Shown: positions 60,567-64,000 of the stretch, piece after piece | Layout: each line of letters opens with the position of its first letter | Position numbering within the stretch: position 1 is the stretch's first letter | Source of the DNA: Eukaryota sp. TZLM1-RC | Taxonomy: Eukaryota; Protista; Metamonada: BaSk clade | Direction of reading: 5' to 3' | NCBI GenBank assembly: GCA_040285825.1 | Contig: JAUPSS010000003.1 | Location: 3,596,001 to 3,660,000 of the forward strand | DNA length: 64,000 nucleotides | Notes under the pieces: model-generated | The model's input: only the letters and a program-made list of their open reading frames with translations | The model's database searches: none | Told to the model about the DNA's origin: nothing | Translations under genes and position numbers: made by a program

Positions 60567-63500
60567 TGATGCTTTATCCATATATGATAACAAAGAATAA
60601 GGGTAATTTATTAGAATTTCACCGGCCCTTATAAAGGCCATCACTAGTGAACTATACTATATAAATACAAATGTACTAGACTAATTGTCCACAGTACAAC
60701 ACTACCTTTTCCCTCTCTTAGATCTCGAACGAGAGCTACGAGAACTGACTGCGGGGGAATTAGTCTTAGATTTGGAATTAGAAGATGCCTTCCGTTTCCT
60801 GGTAGAGTGAGGACTAATAGAGCGCAAATAAGTTTGATATGCCTCAGTGCTTTTGACGTCAGCAACTGGGACAGACGAAGTCTCGCCACCATACCAAACT
60901 GCGGTACAATAAGGAACTTTATCATTGTTCGAATCTACGTAATCAAAGTGATCTATAATTTTAATGATTACAGATTCTTCCATACCGCCAGTAGCAATAT
61001 TCTTATGCCAATCAAGATCTTCTTTAGGGAAGTCTGAAAGGTATAGTTTACAATGATTTATACTTGCCGTAGACATTGAACCAGTGACGAGATTCTTGAG
61101 TAACAAACTTTTATTGGATTTAACTTCTTCAACGAGAAAAGGGCCAGCGAAGCAACCATGGAGTTTACCATTAGTCTTTAATCGCAAAACTAAGTCACCT
61201 TTATTAAAAGGGTTCCTATGTTTGTTAACTTCAGGCAGTTGTTGAGCTTGCCTGAGCTCTGCCTCTTCTCTCTTCTTTGAAATCCTTTCAAGTTTTGCTT
61301 CAAGATCTTTAACAAAGGGAATATTAACATTGGCTGATTTTATTAGTTCAAACATATTACTAGGATCAGCTCTAGGGCTGTGGTCGCTACCAAACATTAA
61401 ATTGTAGGGCGAATGACCAGTAACTTTACTAATAGTTGAATTGATTTGAAGTTGTACAATTGGGATATATTCGCTCCAATTGCTATAATCGCCAGAGTCT
61501 ACCAAAATCTTTCTAAGACTTTGTAAAATGTCTCTGTGTCGTCTTTCTACTAAACCATTGCTTTGTGAAAAGCTAGTTAGTGAACGACTTACTTCAATGT
61601 TTAATAAATCGCATAACCCTTTGAATATGGCATTTGCAAATTCAATACCATTGTCACTATGAATCAACAGTGGGATACCAAAAATTGATACTACACTCCA
61701 TAGGAGGTGATTGGTTGTCTCCACTGCATTCAATTCCTTTACAGGGCAAATGATCGTATACCTAGTGAACGAATCTACAAAAACTATTAAATATTTGAAT
61801 CCATTATCATCTTGTTGTAATGGTCCAATAGTGTCTGCGTTTAAACGTGCAAAAGGTCGATCAGCCCAAAGAGAGCCAGATGATTCAATGACATTTTTAG
61901 GCACATGGGCCGTCTTTTGACATGCTGGGCATCTCTTAATATGGTTAATCATGTCTTTGCGCATGTCGGGCCAAAAGTAATCACTATTGAGTAATTTCTT
62001 TACGCTAGTCGTCACACTAGGATGGCCAACATTTGCATGTCCATGAATGATAGTTAAAGTCTGCTTCTTTAAACTATCTGGGATGACAATCTTCCCACGA
62101 TTGTTGGTATACAATTGAATATCTGAATTATAATTGTAATCTTTATAATAATCAGGATTTGAATCAACATCTATAAGTTGTTCTTGCCTAATTTTTGAGA
62201 TCCAAGTGTCAAATAAATCAAATTTAGTATCCTCAACTGCTTCTTTCAGTGCAGATAAGCTATTAATCGTGGGTAGCTCAATTGTGGACGGTTGAGTAAT
62301 ATCATCCCTTAACAAATTAACTCTAGTTAATAAATTTAAATAGGGTAATTGTTCTTCAACTCTGTGAGGTGCCAAGTTTCTCACTTGTTGGACTCGAGGG
62401 GTTTTGGGTTTGGTATCAACCAATCTAGACAACATGTCTGCCCAATAATTCTCCTCGCCTGCAGTGTAAACTACATCAAAATTGAATTCTGACAATATTG
62501 GTAGCCACCTTTTCACAATTCTGTTCTTTTCAGCAGCTGATATAAGGTATGCTAAGTTTCAATGATCAGTGAATATAGTTAATTTCCTCGAAATTAAATA
62601 ATTTTCTAAACTACTGTCAGTGAGAATTAGTAAAATTGCATACAACTCTTTCTGAAGCACAGACCAATTCTTTTGTGAAGTTGATAATAATCTGCTAAAA
62701 AGGCAATAGGTACAACCTTTTTCTTAATTAGCGGTGTCGTAGGATCTTTAGGTGGGTTAGCTTCTTGCCATATTACTCCACCTACAGCCACATCGGACGT
62801 GTCAGCACTTATTAAAATATGCTTGTCTTCTGAGGGCAATTCAAGAGGGATATTTGCTTTAATAAGATTTATAATCTTACCAGAAGCCTCGTCATGATCA
62901 GAAGTCCACTTGATTTTTGACGGTTTGTTTCTGGTTAATTTGTTGATTGGTTCTATCAAATCAGACAAATTTGGCAACCAGTCACGTATATAATTGATCC
63001 AACCTATAAAACTCCTAACTTCAGGTAATGTCCTGGGTTTGGGTAGGTTGATCAGTCCCTCAATCCTAGATTCATCTATATTACGGGTTTTGTTTACAAA
63101 AATACTACCTAGAATTTTTATTTCATGTTTACAAGTGGTAAAGCTACACTTGGGTAGGCCCAGGTTAACTCTAAAACGTTTGGCGCGTTCTAGGACCGTA
63201 CCTACTCTGGATAGAAATTCATCCAGGGTCGAAGCTACTATTATTATATCATCGATATAAATAAATACGCCCTCAGAATCAAATATTTCCATCATCATGT
63301 TTTGGAAGACTGCAGGAACGTTCTTCAAACCAAAACAAGCCCTTTTAAAACTGATCGACATCCCGGGAATTGATACGGTAGTTTTATCAATATCCTCTTC
63401 TGCAATTTTGAGCTGCCAAAATGCCTTAGGTAAATCTAGAGTTGCTATATAATTAGCTTTACTTAGAAACTCTAAAATGTCGCTAATCCTGGGCAAATTT

Positions 63501-64000
63501 GCCTCTACAGGTTTAGTTAAATCATTTACTCCACCAATACCACTAAAATCGCCAGTTAATCGTGGTTTCCTGTGATCAGGGTAAATCACAAGACAGATGG
63601 GACTACTGAATTGAGACTTTGCGGGTACAGCAAATCCATTACGGATCAATTCGTTAAAAATTTCCTCGGCTACCCGTTGTTTTTCTGGGTTTAATCTTCG
63701 AGGTTTCCTTTTGACGACCTTACTTTCGTCATAAAATGGAATGGTCATCGGCTGACAATCAATTCCATCCGGGTGAGGTAGCCCACTAAATACATTTCTA
63801 TATTTTTCGAGTAGCACGACTAGGCGTTCCTCGTTCCTAATGTCATCCAGGCATATTCTACAGCCCAACTCATCTAACTCATGTCTAAATGTGGAATGCC
63901 CAAAATCATTACCTAAGTCTGATTTATTACTCAATTGTTCTATGAATCTAATTGGTTGACAAATTCTATTATCGAACTCACATTCAGCATTTAAGATGGT
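60567..64000 (-). mobile_element. Family A gypsy copy (3' LTR 60567-60701, IN-RH-RT), running off the window
   Basis: LTR matches 26933-27067. Frameshift at ~62700 and TGA at ~62560. Confidence 0.92.

Noticed and set aside
10391-63260. Numerous short antisense ORFs over gag/pol
   Set aside because: These are shadows of the opposite-strand coding sequence, repeated only because the elements are repeated.

Overview
AT-rich DNA from a microbial eukaryote. It uses the standard code and has ~30-nt spliceosomal introns; I cannot establish the lineage from the sequence. There are five host genes: a WBP2-like GRAM protein, a Rec8/Rad21 kleisin with three tiny introns, a Cdc25/Acr2-like phosphatase fragment, PABPN1, and a PEHE/KANSL1-like protein. 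They sit in a dense nest of mobile DNA: several Ty3/gypsy families with very short LTRs (80-141 bp) and 4-bp TSDs, CRE-clade (RLE endonuclease) non-LTR retrotransposons, and hAT, MULE and DDE_1 remnants. Removing the nested insertions using their TSDs gives the main result. There is a ~649-aa Fanzor1-like (eukaryotic TnpB/OMEGA) gene at 23100-26412, with a second partial copy at 7058-9544. Its 3' flank continues 8.2 kb away into a strongly structured ~250-nt non-coding segment (34788-35036), a candidate omega-RNA. Other notable items: (a) a six-unit tandem array of intact gag-only LTR elements under one TSD; (b) a covarying 12-bp palindrome in place of a tRNA primer-binding site in three LTR families; (c) a near-identical retrotransposon insert at the same site in two diverged Fanzor copies; (d) an apparent GT-AT intron in the kleisin gene. 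All family calls come from motif recognition by eye, not from database searches.
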